Shown here: positions 47,564 to 57,815 of the stretch, piece by piece | How the letters are laid out: each line of letters begins with the position of its first letter | How positions within the stretch are numbered: the stretch's first letter is position 1 | Assembly (NCBI GenBank): GCA_017502285.1 | Contig: JAFVVH010000019.1 | Span: 34,432 to 98,431 of the forward strand | DNA: 64,000 nucleotides | Source of the DNA: Oscillospiraceae bacterium | GTDB lineage: Bacteria; Bacillota; Clostridia; Oscillospirales; Oscillospiraceae | Direction: 5' to 3' | Notes under the pieces: model-generated | The model's database searches: none | The model's input: only the letters and a program-made list of their open reading frames with translations | Told to the model about the DNA's origin: nothing | Program-made: the position numbers and the translations under genes

Positions 47564-49807
47564 TTGGCCAAAAAGAAAGCGCCGGAAACGGCACCCAAAC
47601 GAGCAAACAACCCCAACGTCATGGGCCTGCGGCCCGAGGTGCTGGAACAGCCCATCACCCAGACGCTGGAGCTGAACTATATGCCCTATGCCATGTCCGT
47701 CATTGTCTCCCGCGCCATTCCGGAGATCGACGGCTTCAAGCCCAGCCACCGCAAACTGCTGTATACCATGTACCAGATGAAGCTGTTAGGCGGCGCTCGC
47801 ACCAAGAGCGCCAACATCGTGGGCCAGACCATGAAGCTCAACCCCCACGGTGACGCGGCCATTTACGATACCATGGTGCGACTGAGCCGGGGCTACGGTG
47901 CTCTGCTCCATCCGCTGGTGGACTCCAAGGGCAACTTCGGCAAGGTCTATTCCCGTGACATGGCATGGGCCGCCCCCCGATATACCGAGGCCAAGCTGGA
48001 TGCCATCACCGCCGAGTTCTTCCGTGACATCGACCAGGACGCGGTGGACTTTGTGGACAACTATGATGGCTCCATGCAGGAGCCTTCCCTGCTGCCCACC
48101 ACCTTCCCCAACGTACTGGTGTCTGCCAATCAGGGCATTGCCGTTGGTATGGCCAGCAACCTGTGCGGCTTCAATCTGGAGGAAGTGTGTGACACCACCA
48201 TCGCCTATCTGAAAAATCCCGACCACGACATTATGACCACCCTGAAGGCTCCCGACTTCCCCACCGGCGGCGAACTGCTCTATGACGCGGCCGCCCTGAG
48301 CGAGGTGTATAAGACGGGCCGCGGCTCCTTCCGTGTGCGGGCCAAGTGGCGCTACGTGAAGCCGGAAAACCTCATCGAGATCTACGAGATCCCCTACACC
48401 ACCACTGCCGAGGCCATCATCGACAAGGTGGCTGAGCTCATCAAGGCGGGCAAGGTGAAGGAGATCGCCGACATGCGCGACGAGACCGACCTGTCCGGCC
48501 TGAAGCTGACCATCGATCTGAAGCGTGGCACCGACCCGGATAAGCTCATGGCCCGGCTGTTCAAGTACACCCCCCTGATGGACTCCTTCTCCTGCAACTT
48601 CAACATCCTCATCGCCGGCATGCCCAGAGTGATGGGTGTGGGCGAGATTTTGGAGGAGTGGACCGCATGGCGCATGGACGGCGTGCGCCGGCGCACCTAC
48701 TTCGCCATGAAGAAAAAGCAGGACAAGCTCCATCTTCTCAAGGGTCTGAAGCGCATCCTGCTGGATATTGACCGAGCCATCAAGATCATCCGGGATACGG
48801 AGGAGGACGCGGAGGTCATCCCCAACCTGATGATCGGCTTCGGCATCGACCAGATTCAGGCCGAGTATGTGGCGGACATCCGCCTGCGCAACATCAACAA
48901 GGAATACATCCTCAAGCGGGTGGAGGAGACCGCCGCGCTGGAGGATGAGATCGCCGACCTGCAGGACATCGTCAACAGCCCCAAGCGCATCCAAAAGCTC
49001 ATCATCGGCGAGCTGGAGGACGTAAAGAAAAAGTTCGCCTCCCCCCGGCGCACCGATATCATCTACGAGCACGAGGCGGAGGAAATTCTGGAGGCCGAGC
49101 CCGAGGTGCCCGACTATCCCGTCCACCTGTTCCTGTCCCGGGAGGGATACTTCAAAAAGATCACCCCTCTGTCTCTGCGCATGAGTTCCGAGCAGAAGTA
49201 CAAGGAGGGCGACGGCCCCGCTCAGCAGTGGGAGGCCACCAACCGGGACGAGATCATGGTCTTTACCGACAAACAGCAGTGCTATAAGGCCCGCCTGAGT
49301 GACTTTGACGACACCAAGGCCAGCGTGCTGGGCGACTATCTGCCCACCAAGCTGGGCATGGAGGCCGACGAAAAGGCCCTGTGGGCCTGCCTGCCCGGAG
49401 ACTATTCCGGTCACGTGCTGTTCTTCTTTGAAAACGGCAAGGCCGCCCGGGTGGAGCTTGCCGCCTACCAGACCCAGACCCGCCGCAAAAAGCTCACCGG
49501 CGCGTACAGCGACAAGTCACCGCTGGTATGCGCGTTCCTGCTCAAGGAAGATCTGGAGCTGGCCGTCCACTCCACCGAGGGGCGCTGTCTTGTCTTCCAC
49601 ACCGCCGTCCTCAATCCCAAGTCCACCCGCTCCACCCAGGGTGTGGGTGTCATGACCCTGAAGCCCAAGTACAAGCTGGAGTCCGTCAAGCCCCTTGGGC
49701 AAACCAACATCGTCAATGCCGCCCGTTACCGCGCCCGCTCCCTGCCCATCGCGGGAGCTCTGCTCAAGGACGTGGACCGGGGCGAAGAGCAGATGACCCT
49801 GCTGTAA
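47564..49807 (+). CDS. Type IIA DNA topoisomerase subunit A (GyrA/ParC family; no GyrA box seen)
   Basis: DGFKPSHRK, PHGD, AAPRYTE (catalytic Tyr), GIAVGMA, PDFPTGG; TTG start. Confidence 0.93.
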   Translation: MAKKKAPETAPKRANNPNVMGLRPEVLEQPITQTLELNYMPYAMSVIVSRAIPEIDGFKPSHRKLLYTMYQMKLLGGARTKSANIVGQTMKLNPHGDAAIYDTMVRLSRGYGALLHPLVDSKGNFGKVYSRDMAWAAPRYTEAKLDAITAEFFRDIDQDAVDFVDNYDGSMQEPSLLPTTFPNVLVSANQGIAVGMASNLCGFNLEEVCDTTIAYLKNPDHDIMTTLKAPDFPTGGELLYDAAALSEVYKTGRGSFRVRAKWRYVKPENLIEIYEIPYTTTAEAIIDKVAELIKAGKVKEIADMRDETDLSGLKLTIDLKRGTDPDKLMARLFKYTPLMDSFSCNFNILIAGMPRVMGVGEILEEWTAWRMDGVRRRTYFAMKKKQDKLHLLKGLKRILLDIDRAIKIIRDTEEDAEVIPNLMIGFGIDQIQAEYVADIRLRNINKEYILKRVEETAALEDEIADLQDIVNSPKRIQKLIIGELEDVKKKFASPRRTDIIYEHEAEEILEAEPEVPDYPVHLFLSREGYFKKITPLSLRMSSEQKYKEGDGPAQQWEATNRDEIMVFTDKQQCYKARLSDFDDTKASVLGDYLPTKLGMEADEKALWACLPGDYSGHVLFFFENGKAARVELAAYQTQTRRKKLTGAYSDKSPLVCAFLLKEDLELAVHSTEGRCLVFHTAVLNPKSTRSTQGVGVMTLKPKYKLESVKPLGQTNIVNAARYRARSLPIAGALLKDVDRGEEQMTLL

Positions 49808-49831
49808 TTATTACAAAGGAGGAAATACATA

Positions 49832-50422
49832 ATGGCTAATATCGACCTGTTGCGCAAAAATCTGGAGGCAAAGGGCTATGCCACCTCCCACTTCGCCACC
49901 GCGAAGGAGGCCGCCGACTACCTGAATGAACAGCTGGACGGCACCACCGTGGCCTTTGGCGGCTCCACCACTCTGGCTGACATGGGACTGTTCGAGTCCC
50001 TTTCCGCCCACAACACCGTCTTCTGGCACTGGAAGGGGAACAACCCCGCCGACGCGGCACAGGCAGAATACTACCTGTCCTCCGTCAACGGTGTGTCCGA
50101 AAACGGAGAGCTGATCAACATTGACGGTGTGTGCAACCGGGTGTCTGAAACTCTGTTCGGCCACAAGAAGGTCTACTTCGTCATCGGTTCCAACAAGATC
50201 GCCCCGGACTATGAGGCCGCTCTGTTCCGCGCCCGGAACACCGCCGCCCCCCTGAATGCCCGCCGCCTGAACAAGCAGACCCCTTGCGCCGTGGGCGATG
50301 AGATCAAGTGCTTTGACTGCAAAAGCCCCGACCGCGTCTGCCATGCCCTGACTGTGTTGTGGACCGCCCCCGGCGGGACTCAGTACGAAGTGGTCATCGT
50401 AGACGAGAAGCTGGGCTATTAA
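49832..50422 (+). CDS. LUD-domain (lactate utilization-like) protein
   Basis: FGGSTTL, SSVNGVSENGELINIDG..NRV, GSNKI, PC...CFDCKSPDRVC. Confidence 0.8.
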   Translation: MANIDLLRKNLEAKGYATSHFATAKEAADYLNEQLDGTTVAFGGSTTLADMGLFESLSAHNTVFWHWKGNNPADAAQAEYYLSSVNGVSENGELINIDGVCNRVSETLFGHKKVYFVIGSNKIAPDYEAALFRARNTAAPLNARRLNKQTPCAVGDEIKCFDCKSPDRVCHALTVLWTAPGGTQYEVVIVDEKLGY

Positions 50423-50435
50423 GACACATGCCCCC

Positions 50436-50468
50436 AACGGGCCGCCGCTTAACGCGGCGGCCCGTTTT
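50436..50468 (+). terminator. Intrinsic terminator
   Basis: AACGGGCCGCCGC-TTAAC-GCGGCGGCCCGTTTT. Confidence 0.8.
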
Positions 50469-50500
50469 CAAAAGTTTTTTTGGGATTTTCAAAAAAGTCC

Positions 50501-50528
50501 TTGACACAAGCCAAATTCGTGTTATAAT
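50501..50528 (+). promoter_or_regulatory. Consensus SigA promoter of tRNA gene
   Basis: TTGACA-16-TATAAT with AT-rich upstream element. Confidence 0.85.
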
Positions 50529-50541
50529 ACAATTCGCTGTT

Positions 50542-50617
50542 GCGAGTGTAGCTCATCTGGTAGAGCGCCACCTTGCCAAGGTGGAGGTAGCGAGTTCGAG
50601 CCTCGTCACTCGCTCCA
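50542..50617 (+). tRNA. tRNA-Gly(GCC)
   Basis: Acceptor GCGAGTG/CACTCGC, anticodon arm CCACC-TTGCCAA-GGTGG, TTCGA T-loop, encoded CCA. Confidence 0.97.
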
Positions 50618-50618
50618 T

Positions 50619-50652
50619 AAGACATCCAACCAACCCGTTGGGTGTCTTTTTT
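50619..50652 (+). terminator. tRNA gene terminator
   Basis: AAGACATCCAAC / GTTGGGTGTCTT-TTTT. Confidence 0.8.
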
Positions 50653-50768
50653 ATTTGCTTTACAATCTCGCTACCTCCACCCGCGCGCTCACCCATTCAT
50701 TCCCTCTTGCATATCCTTTGGTACTGTGGTATCTTACCTCTAGCAAGCAACAGGAAGGAGTCTTGATC

Positions 50769-51431
50769 ATGCCTCGTATCTTGATTTCCGCCGCCACCGC
50801 CAAGCCGGACGCGGCTGTGAACTACGAAAATGCTGTCCGGGCCGCCGGCGGCGACTTTGTCACCCGCTACTGCCCGGAGGTGGACCTATCCTTTGACGCT
50901 CTTCTGCTCACCGGCGGCGGCGACGTGGACCCCTGCCACTACGGTCAGCCAAACAACGGCTCCATGCCCCCCGATCCAGACCGGGACCGCACCGAGCTGG
51001 CGCTGGTCCGCGCCTATCTGGACGCAGGCAAGCCCATTCTGGGCATCTGCCGTGGTGTGCAGATCCTCAACGTGGCGCTGGGCGGCACACTGGTGCAGGA
51101 TCTGGGCGAGGAACTTAACCTGTTCCACCGCAGGATCACCGCCGACAAAGTACATCCCGTCCGGGTGCAGGATGCCAGTGTCCTGCACACCCTGTACGGT
51201 CCCCTGTTCCATACGAACAGCGCCCACCATCAGGCCGTGGACATTCCCGGCCAAGGGGCCGTCATCACCGCCCGCTCCGAGAGCGGTGTGGCTGAGTCCA
51301 TAGAACTGCCCGGCAAACCCGTTCTGGGCGTGCAGTTCCATCCCGAGCGCATGACCGGTGCGCACCTGCGCCCCGACACCGCAAACGGAGCCGCCATTTT
51401 CCAGTGGTTTCTGGCCCAGTGCGCCAAATAA
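50769..51431 (+). CDS. Gamma-glutamyl hydrolase family (peptidase C26, PuuD-like)
   Basis: LLLTGGGDVDP, LGICRGVQ, NSAHHQAV, GVQFHPE. Confidence 0.9.
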   Translation: MPRILISAATAKPDAAVNYENAVRAAGGDFVTRYCPEVDLSFDALLLTGGGDVDPCHYGQPNNGSMPPDPDRDRTELALVRAYLDAGKPILGICRGVQILNVALGGTLVQDLGEELNLFHRRITADKVHPVRVQDASVLHTLYGPLFHTNSAHHQAVDIPGQGAVITARSESGVAESIELPGKPVLGVQFHPERMTGAHLRPDTANGAAIFQWFLAQCAK

Positions 51432-51435
51432 GCAC

Positions 51436-51468
51436 AAAAATGCCATCCCCGTCGGGGATGGCATTTTT
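51436..51468. terminator. Bidirectional terminator
   Basis: AAAAATGCCATCCCC / GGGGATGGCATTTTT. Confidence 0.85.
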
Positions 51469-51470
51469 CG

Positions 51471-52904
51471 TTATTCTTCGTGGTGGTTGAGCAGGGAGTG
51501 CTTGATGTCCCACAGCTTCTGGGACAGGTCCACGTAATAGTTGTGAGGGTTTTCAAAGCGCTTGACCTCGTCCCACAGGGCATCCACCTGCCGCTGGCAG
51601 TAGGCGCGGCTGACCTGCAGGTCGGGTACCTCGTAGACCAGTTCGCCCTTTTGGAACACGGGGACAAGCAGTTCCTTTGCCTCGTAATCGGTATAGGTCT
51701 TGCGCTTCCACGTAGCATCCGGGTCGAACAGCTCCAGCGGCTTGGTAAAGTCGATCTCCTCGTCGTGCAGGCAGATCAGGTCCGCCTCCGCCTTACCCGA
51801 GTCCTTGGAGAAGATTCGGTACACCTTTTTAAAGTGAGGTGTGGTGATCTTGGCGGCATTCTCGCTGATCTTGATCTTGGGAACGATATTACCCTGCTCG
51901 TCCTCAATGGCGGCCAGCTTATACACACCGCCGAACACCGGCTCGGACCGGGAGGTAATGAGCCGCTCGCCCACACCGAAGGAGTCGATGCGCGCTCCCT
52001 GACGGACCAGATCGCGGATGATATATTCATCCAGCGCGTTGGAAGCCACGATCTTGCACTCGGTCAGTCCCGCCTCGTCCAGCATCTGCCGGGCCTTTTG
52101 AGACAGATAGGTCAAGTCGCCGCTGTCCAGCCGGATGCCGCAGCGGGTGATGCCCTCCTCCTTGAATACCCGGATGGCATTGGGCACGCCGGACTTGAGT
52201 ACGTTATAGGTGTCCACCAGCAGGGTGGCATTGTTGGGATAGAGCTTGCAATAGGTCTTGAAGGCCGTATACTCGTCAGGGAACATCTGCACCCAGGAGT
52301 GGGCCATGGTGCCCGTGGCGGGCGCACCGTACCACTGGTCGGCCATGGTGCAGGCAGTGGCGGCACAGCCGGCAATGTAGCTGGCTCTGGCACCCAGAAT
52401 GGCGCCGTCTGCGCCCTGTGCCCGGCGGGAGCCGAACTCCGCCACAGGCCGTCCCTCCGCCGCCCGGACGATGCGGTTGGACTTGGTGGCAATGAGGCAC
52501 TGGTGGTTCATGGTCAGAAGCAGGAAGGTCTCAATAAACTGGGCCTGAATGGCGGGGGCGCGCACGGTGATGATGGGCTCGTTGGGAAACACGGGAGTGC
52601 CCTCGGGCACGGCCCAGATATCGCCGGTAAATTTGAAATTACGCAGGTAGTCCAAAAAGCCCTCGTCAAAGCAGCCCTTGCTTCGCAGATAGGCAATGTC
52701 CTCCTCGTCAAACTTCAGGTCCTGAATGTACTCCACCACCTGAGCAAGACCCGCCGCAATGGCAAAGCCCCCCTTGTCGGGCACGGAGCGGTAGAACATG
52801 TCAAAGTAGCAGATGCGGTCGGCCAGCTCCGCCCGGAAATATCCGTTGCTCATGGTCAGCTGGTAGTAGTCGCACAGCATGGTCAAATTGGTCTTGTTTT
52901 TCAT
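51471..52904 (-). CDS. pncB: Nicotinate phosphoribosyltransferase
   Basis: DYYQLTM, EFGSRRAQG, GTMAHSW, LVDTY, IRLDSGDL, FGVGE, GGVYKL. Confidence 0.95.
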   Translation of the reverse strand: MKNKTNLTMLCDYYQLTMSNGYFRAELADRICYFDMFYRSVPDKGGFAIAAGLAQVVEYIQDLKFDEEDIAYLRSKGCFDEGFLDYLRNFKFTGDIWAVPEGTPVFPNEPIITVRAPAIQAQFIETFLLLTMNHQCLIATKSNRIVRAAEGRPVAEFGSRRAQGADGAILGARASYIAGCAATACTMADQWYGAPATGTMAHSWVQMFPDEYTAFKTYCKLYPNNATLLVDTYNVLKSGVPNAIRVFKEEGITRCGIRLDSGDLTYLSQKARQMLDEAGLTECKIVASNALDEYIIRDLVRQGARIDSFGVGERLITSRSEPVFGGVYKLAAIEDEQGNIVPKIKISENAAKITTPHFKKVYRIFSKDSGKAEADLICLHDEEIDFTKPLELFDPDATWKRKTYTDYEAKELLVPVFQKGELVYEVPDLQVSRAYCQRQVDALWDEVKRFENPHNYYVDLSQKLWDIKHSLLNHHEE

Positions 52905-53060
52905 CCTTACGACCTCATTTCAGCGGCGAAAAACCGCCTGTTTTAAAGGTGACTTCATTATAACCGATTGCCCAGCAAAAGGCAATACGCAAGCCGGAGT
53001 TAGCCCTGTAAAAAACGGTGCCGCCCGGCTGAGCGACACCGTTTGAGACGGAGAAATCAC

Positions 53061-54551
53061 TTATACAGGGACGCTCATGGCCGCCCGCTTGAGCAGGTTG
53101 ACCAGCTCGGTGTCCAGCGGCACCTCTCTGTAAACAGGAACATAGGTGCTGTCGGTCAGGTCGGTATCCCCGGTGATGGTCATGTACCAGCGATAGGCAT
53201 TGAGCAGCTGGGCACCGCCGATGTCGCCGTCGTGGTAGCCGTCGCCGGCGTTATCCCTCTTGTCACCGAAGGATTTCTTGCCGTTACGGGCACACAGGCC
53301 GCCGTAGGGCAGCAGGTTGGCGGACTCGTTGAGCTCGCGGGCTTTCGTCCACGCTTCGCCGGAGTTGACCTGGATGAGATCGTAGGGCTTATCCAGGTCA
53401 AACTCGTTGCACATGTAGTCGCAGATCTCCTGCATGCCTTCATTGTACAGCGGGCCATCCTCCGCGGTATAGGTATGGCTGTTTGTCACACGACCGATCT
53501 CAAAGAACCAGGTGCGGTGCCACAGCAGCTGAGCATCGGGAAACAGCTCATGGAACCGGTCCAGCAGAGGCTCTGCCGCGGCGGCAATCCCCTCACGGGT
53601 GGCTTCGCGCACAGAGGGGTCCATGTAGCTGCCGCCCTTGACCGTACCCTGAAGGCTGATATAGTCCCAATCGCCCTGCGCCAGAGCCTGCTCCAGCGTC
53701 CATGCACCCGCAGGCTCCAGCTTCTGTCGGCCGTCGGCGTCCGTCCTGAACAGATCGTACTTTCCGGTGGCGTTCCGCCACCAGTTCAGGTGGGTGGTGA
53801 GGGTGCAGCCGGAGTAATAGAGGTTGTAGATCTCAACCTCTTCGATGCCGTAGGGCAGGTTCTCCATCAGCAGGGCATACAGCTCCTCTACATAGTAGTA
53901 GCAGAAGGAATTGCCCACCATCAGCAGGCTCAGCTTGGAGTCCTTAGGGGCGGAGGGCTTATTATCAGCCCCGGAGAGGTAATTGGTCAGGATCTGGGCG
54001 GTCTGAGCGCGGGTGGCTCCATCTGTAACCGCTTGATAGGGAACCCCGTTCAAAAGCCCCTTTTCCACGGCCCAGCCCAGACCGTTGGCGGCCCAATCGC
54101 TGTGGGCACCCACCGTGTCGGCCGAAGCGGAAAAGGCGGGGTTGCCGGAATAGTTCCACAGAATGACCGCGATCTGCTCGATGGTCACGGTGTCCTCGGG
54201 GCCAAACTTGCCATCGCCGTAGCCGCTCATAACGCCCTTCTGGGCGCCCCATGCAACGGCATTGTTGAACCACTGGTCGACGGGCACATCGGAAAAGCCA
54301 TGGTCACCGCTGACAGTGGGCTGCCCCTCCTTGTTGTAGAGGATCTGGACCATCATGGCCCGGGACAGGCTGTCATTGGGTCCAAAGTCAGTGACGCTGT
54401 AACCATTCATGAGCTTGTTGGCCAACACATAATCCACAGCGCCGGCAAACCAGTCATCACTTTTTACATCCTGAAAGCCCGCGGCAGAGGCCGAAGGCAG
54501 GATTGCCAGAGTCAGGATCAAGGCAAGGAAAAAACTGATTTGTTTTATCAT
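53061..54551 (-). CDS. Secreted protein with N-terminal SLH repeats and SGNH-like (DUF4886-like) domain
   Basis: Signal peptide ending ASA; 3 SLH; VGNSF, LYYSGCTL..H, WDYISLQ, DGYH. Confidence 0.8.
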   Translation of the reverse strand: MIKQISFFLALILTLAILPSASAAGFQDVKSDDWFAGAVDYVLANKLMNGYSVTDFGPNDSLSRAMMVQILYNKEGQPTVSGDHGFSDVPVDQWFNNAVAWGAQKGVMSGYGDGKFGPEDTVTIEQIAVILWNYSGNPAFSASADTVGAHSDWAANGLGWAVEKGLLNGVPYQAVTDGATRAQTAQILTNYLSGADNKPSAPKDSKLSLLMVGNSFCYYYVEELYALLMENLPYGIEEVEIYNLYYSGCTLTTHLNWWRNATGKYDLFRTDADGRQKLEPAGAWTLEQALAQGDWDYISLQGTVKGGSYMDPSVREATREGIAAAAEPLLDRFHELFPDAQLLWHRTWFFEIGRVTNSHTYTAEDGPLYNEGMQEICDYMCNEFDLDKPYDLIQVNSGEAWTKARELNESANLLPYGGLCARNGKKSFGDKRDNAGDGYHDGDIGGAQLLNAYRWYMTITGDTDLTDSTYVPVYREVPLDTELVNLLKRAAMSVPV

Positions 54552-54595
54552 CCCACATTCCCCTTTCAAAGCATTAACGCAGCCCTACGGCCAGC

Positions 54596-56041
54596 TTAAT
54601 AGGCTACGCCCCAGTAAATCATGTGCTTGGCGGGCTTGCCGCAGCACACGCAGGTATCGGACACCTTCTCCTGCTCCAGCGGCATGCAGCGGGAGGACAC
54701 ACCGGCCTCCTCCTTCATCTTCAGCTCGCAGTCCAGCTCGCCGCACCACATGGTCTTGGCAAAGCCGCCCTGAGTCTGGATAAACTCCTTCACCTCGTCC
54801 ACAGTCAGGCAGGTGCGGGTATTGTTCTCCAGATTGGCCTTGGCCCGTGCAAACAGACCGTCATGTACCTCGTCCAACAGCTTGGCCACGGTGGCTTCCA
54901 GCTCGGTCAGGGGTACAAACACCTTCTCGCCGTTGTCGCGGCGGCAGATACAGCACTGACCCTTCTCCATGTCCTTGGGCCCGATCTCCACGCGCAGAGG
55001 AACGCCCTTCATCTCGTACTCGGCGGCCTTCCAGCCCATGGACTGGTCGGAGTCGTCCATCTTGGCTCGCACACCGGCGGCGGTCAGACGGTCCAGCAGA
55101 CCGCGGGCGGCGTCCAGCACGCCCTCCTTGTGCTGGGCCACGGGGATGACCATGGCCTGAATGGGGGCAATGCGGGGGGGCAGTACCAGACCGTTGTTGT
55201 CACCGTGGGTCATGATGATACCGCCGATCATGCGGGTGGACACACCCCAGCTGGTCTGGTGGGGATGGTGCAGGGTGTTGTCCTTACCTGTGTAGGTAAT
55301 GTCAAAAGCCTTGGCAAAGCCGTCACCGAAATAGTGAGAGGTGCCGGACTGGAGTGCCTTCTTGTCGTGCATCATGCACTCCACGGTGTAGGTCTCCTCC
55401 GCGCCGTTGAACTTCTCCTTGTCGGTCTTGCGGCCCTTGACCACGGGCATGGCCAGCACATTCTCAAGGAAGTCGGCGTAGACGTTGAGCATCTGCTCGG
55501 TCTCCTGACGGGCCTCCTCCTCGGTGGCGTGCATGGTGTGGCCCTCCTGCCACAGGAACTCCCGGTGGCGCAGAAAGGGGCGGGAGGTCTTTTCCCAGCG
55601 CAGGACGGAGCACCACTGGTTGTACTTCTTGGGCAGGTCACGGTGGGAGTGGATGATGTTCTTGAAATGCTCGCAGAACAGAGTCTCGGAAGTGGGCCGG
55701 ATGCAATAGCGCTCCTCCAGCTTCTCACTGCCGCCGTAAGTGACCCAGGCACACTCGGGTGCAAAACCCTCCACGTGGTCCTTTTCCTTCTGGAGCAGGG
55801 ACTCGGGGATCAGCATGGGCATGGACACGTTCTCGTGTCCGGTCTTCTTGAACATATCGTCCAGCGTGCGCTGGATGTTCTCCCAAATGGCATAGCCATA
55901 GGGACGATAGATGAACATGCCCTTAATGGAGGAATAGTCGATCAGCTCCGCCTTTTTGCACACGTCGGTGTACCACTGGGCGAAATCCACCTCCATATCG
56001 GTGATCTGCTCCACCTGCTTCTTGTTGGTATCCTTTGCCAT
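54596..56041 (-). CDS. proS: Proline--tRNA ligase (archaeal/eukaryotic type)
   Basis: [34 protein letters not shown]-terminal Cys cluster and AY end; promoter TTGACT-17-TACAAT 56116-56088. Confidence 0.96.
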   Translation of the reverse strand: MAKDTNKKQVEQITDMEVDFAQWYTDVCKKAELIDYSSIKGMFIYRPYGYAIWENIQRTLDDMFKKTGHENVSMPMLIPESLLQKEKDHVEGFAPECAWVTYGGSEKLEERYCIRPTSETLFCEHFKNIIHSHRDLPKKYNQWCSVLRWEKTSRPFLRHREFLWQEGHTMHATEEEARQETEQMLNVYADFLENVLAMPVVKGRKTDKEKFNGAEETYTVECMMHDKKALQSGTSHYFGDGFAKAFDITYTGKDNTLHHPHQTSWGVSTRMIGGIIMTHGDNNGLVLPPRIAPIQAMVIPVAQHKEGVLDAARGLLDRLTAAGVRAKMDDSDQSMGWKAAEYEMKGVPLRVEIGPKDMEKGQCCICRRDNGEKVFVPLTELEATVAKLLDEVHDGLFARAKANLENNTRTCLTVDEVKEFIQTQGGFAKTMWCGELDCELKMKEEAGVSSRCMPLEQEKVSDTCVCCGKPAKHMIYWGVAY

Positions 56042-56230
56042 ATCGTTTCAGTCCTTTATAAAAAGAATGTTGTTTACAGTACCCCTTATTGTATAAATAC
56101 CGGGCACAAAAGTCAAGGTTTGGCCGCAACTTTCGCAGGCCAAACAGCTCAAATTGTCATTTGCCACCCTTGTCAACCCGGTTTTCAAACAGTATAATAT
56201 TCCCATCAAATATAAAAAGGAGCGTTGCTT

Positions 56231-56629
56231 ATGAACCCCATCGCCCAGCACGTGACCGGCATCCAGCACATCGGACTGCCCACCAACGACCTGAAAAAGA
56301 CCACCGAATTTTATCAGAGCCTCGGCTTTGAGGTCACTTTTGAGACCACCCTGCCCACCGACTACGTAGCCTTTTATCGCCTGAAGAACATCTGCATCGA
56401 GGCATTTCAGGCCATCGGCGCACCCGCCGCTCCCGGCAAGTCCGGTGCCATCGACCACATTTCTCTGGACGTGGACGACATTGAAGCTGCCTGGAACGCA
56501 GTGAAGGCCGCGGGCTACACCCCGCTGGAGGCGGAGATCGACTCCCTTCCCTATTTCGAAAAGGGTGTTCGTTTCTTCAACATCGTGGGTCCTAACGCTG
56601 AAACCATCGAATTCTGTCAAATTCTTTAA
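56231..56629 (+). CDS. VOC (glyoxalase) family protein
   Basis: IQHIGL, FYQSLGF, IDHISLDVDDI, GPNAETIEF. Confidence 0.88.
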   Translation: MNPIAQHVTGIQHIGLPTNDLKKTTEFYQSLGFEVTFETTLPTDYVAFYRLKNICIEAFQAIGAPAAPGKSGAIDHISLDVDDIEAAWNAVKAAGYTPLEAEIDSLPYFEKGVRFFNIVGPNAETIEFCQIL

Positions 56630-56635
56630 GTAATC

Positions 56636-56673
56636 AAAAACAGCCCGACACGGACGTGTCGGGCTGTTTTTTT
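56636..56673. terminator. Bidirectional terminator
   Basis: AAAAACAGCCCGACAC / GTGTCGGGCTGTTTTT. Confidence 0.85.
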
Positions 56674-57157
56674 ACATGTTCTCGGGCAGGGAGTCGTCCT
56701 CGTCGATCCATTCCTTCTGTACGTCCACCACGCGATAGTCGGTAGGCGTGTCCCGAATGACCACCCGCTTGATGCCGGCATTGATGATGAGTCGGCGGCA
56801 CATGGAGCAGGAGGTGGAGCCGGGGATCAGCTCCCCCGTCTGGGGGTCCCGGCAAGCCATATACAAGGTGGAATCCAGCGTGTCCTTGCGGGCGGCGGAG
56901 ATGATGCAGTTGGCCTCCGCATGGACGGAACGGCACAGCTCGTATCGCTCGCCGGAGGGGATGTTCATTTTCATGCGGGTGCAGAAATTCAGGTCGGCGC
57001 AGTTCTTGCGGCCCCGGGGCGCACCGTTGTAGCCGGTGGAAATGATCTCGTCGTGCTGAACGATGATAGCACCGTAGCAACGGCGCAGGCAGGTGGACCG
57101 CTCCAGCACCGTCTGGGCAATATCCAGATAATAATTCTCCTTGTCAATGCGCTTCAT
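56672..57157 (-). CDS. dCMP/cytidine deaminase family protein
   Basis: RSTCLRR, STGYNGAP, HAEAN, CSMCRR. Confidence 0.9.
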   Translation of the reverse strand: MKRIDKENYYLDIAQTVLERSTCLRRCYGAIIVQHDEIISTGYNGAPRGRKNCADLNFCTRMKMNIPSGERYELCRSVHAEANCIISAARKDTLDSTLYMACRDPQTGELIPGSTSCSMCRRLIINAGIKRVVIRDTPTDYRVVDVQKEWIDEDDSLPENM

Positions 57158-57316
57158 GTCGAGTTTCCTCCTGCGTTTTTTCTCAGTATATCGTTTTTTT
57201 GTCCCCCATGCAAGCACAAATATTTACATATTGTTCACGTTTGTTTTCTTGACGGTGGGCAGGGAAAGGTCTATTATGATTACCATACGAAAGTTGTGTC
57301 GAAAGGGGGCAGGACT

Positions 57317-57712
57317 ATGATCCGAAATGCATTGCAGCGCTTTATGTACGGCCGCTATGGTTCGGACCAGTTGAACATTTTTTTGATCGTTGCCTATCTG
57401 GTCCTGCTGCTTCTGAGCGCGCTTCCCGGCCTTGGTTTTCTGGAGTTTGTTTCTTTTGCGCTGGTGGCATGGTCACTATTTCGCCTGCTCTCCCGCAACT
57501 ATGCCGCCCGCCGAGCAGAGAACGCAAAATTCCTCAAGCTGGCCGGCCCAATCATCCGCTGGTACCGCCTTCAGCGCACCATCCTGCGGGACAAGGACCA
57601 CCGCTATTTCAAGTGTCCCAGCTGCGGACAGCAGCTGCGCGTACCCAAAGGGAAGGGCAAAATCACCGTCACCTGCCGGGGCTGCGGCTCCAGCTTTCAG
57701 GAAAAAAGTTGA
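57317..57712 (+). CDS. Membrane protein with C-terminal zinc ribbon
   Basis: FMYGRYGSDQL, 2 TM, CPSCGQQLRVPKGKGKITVTCRGC. Confidence 0.82.
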   Translation: MIRNALQRFMYGRYGSDQLNIFLIVAYLVLLLLSALPGLGFLEFVSFALVAWSLFRLLSRNYAARRAENAKFLKLAGPIIRWYRLQRTILRDKDHRYFKCPSCGQQLRVPKGKGKITVTCRGCGSSFQEKS

Positions 57713-57815
57713 AGCCACCGCTTTTTCATCAGGGAAAAAGCGGTGCTTTTATTTGTTTCCATTCTGTGATATACTGAATTGTAATTTTGCACTTTTATAT
57801 TAGGAGGGTCTTTTC

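Noticed and set aside
50542-50770. tRNA-Gly as integration site of an island
   Set aside because: No integrase, no duplicated tRNA 3' end seen, housekeeping genes on both sides
56042-56116. T-box upstream of proS
   Set aside because: Predicted promoter is about 45 nt from the start codon, leaving no room, and there is no motif
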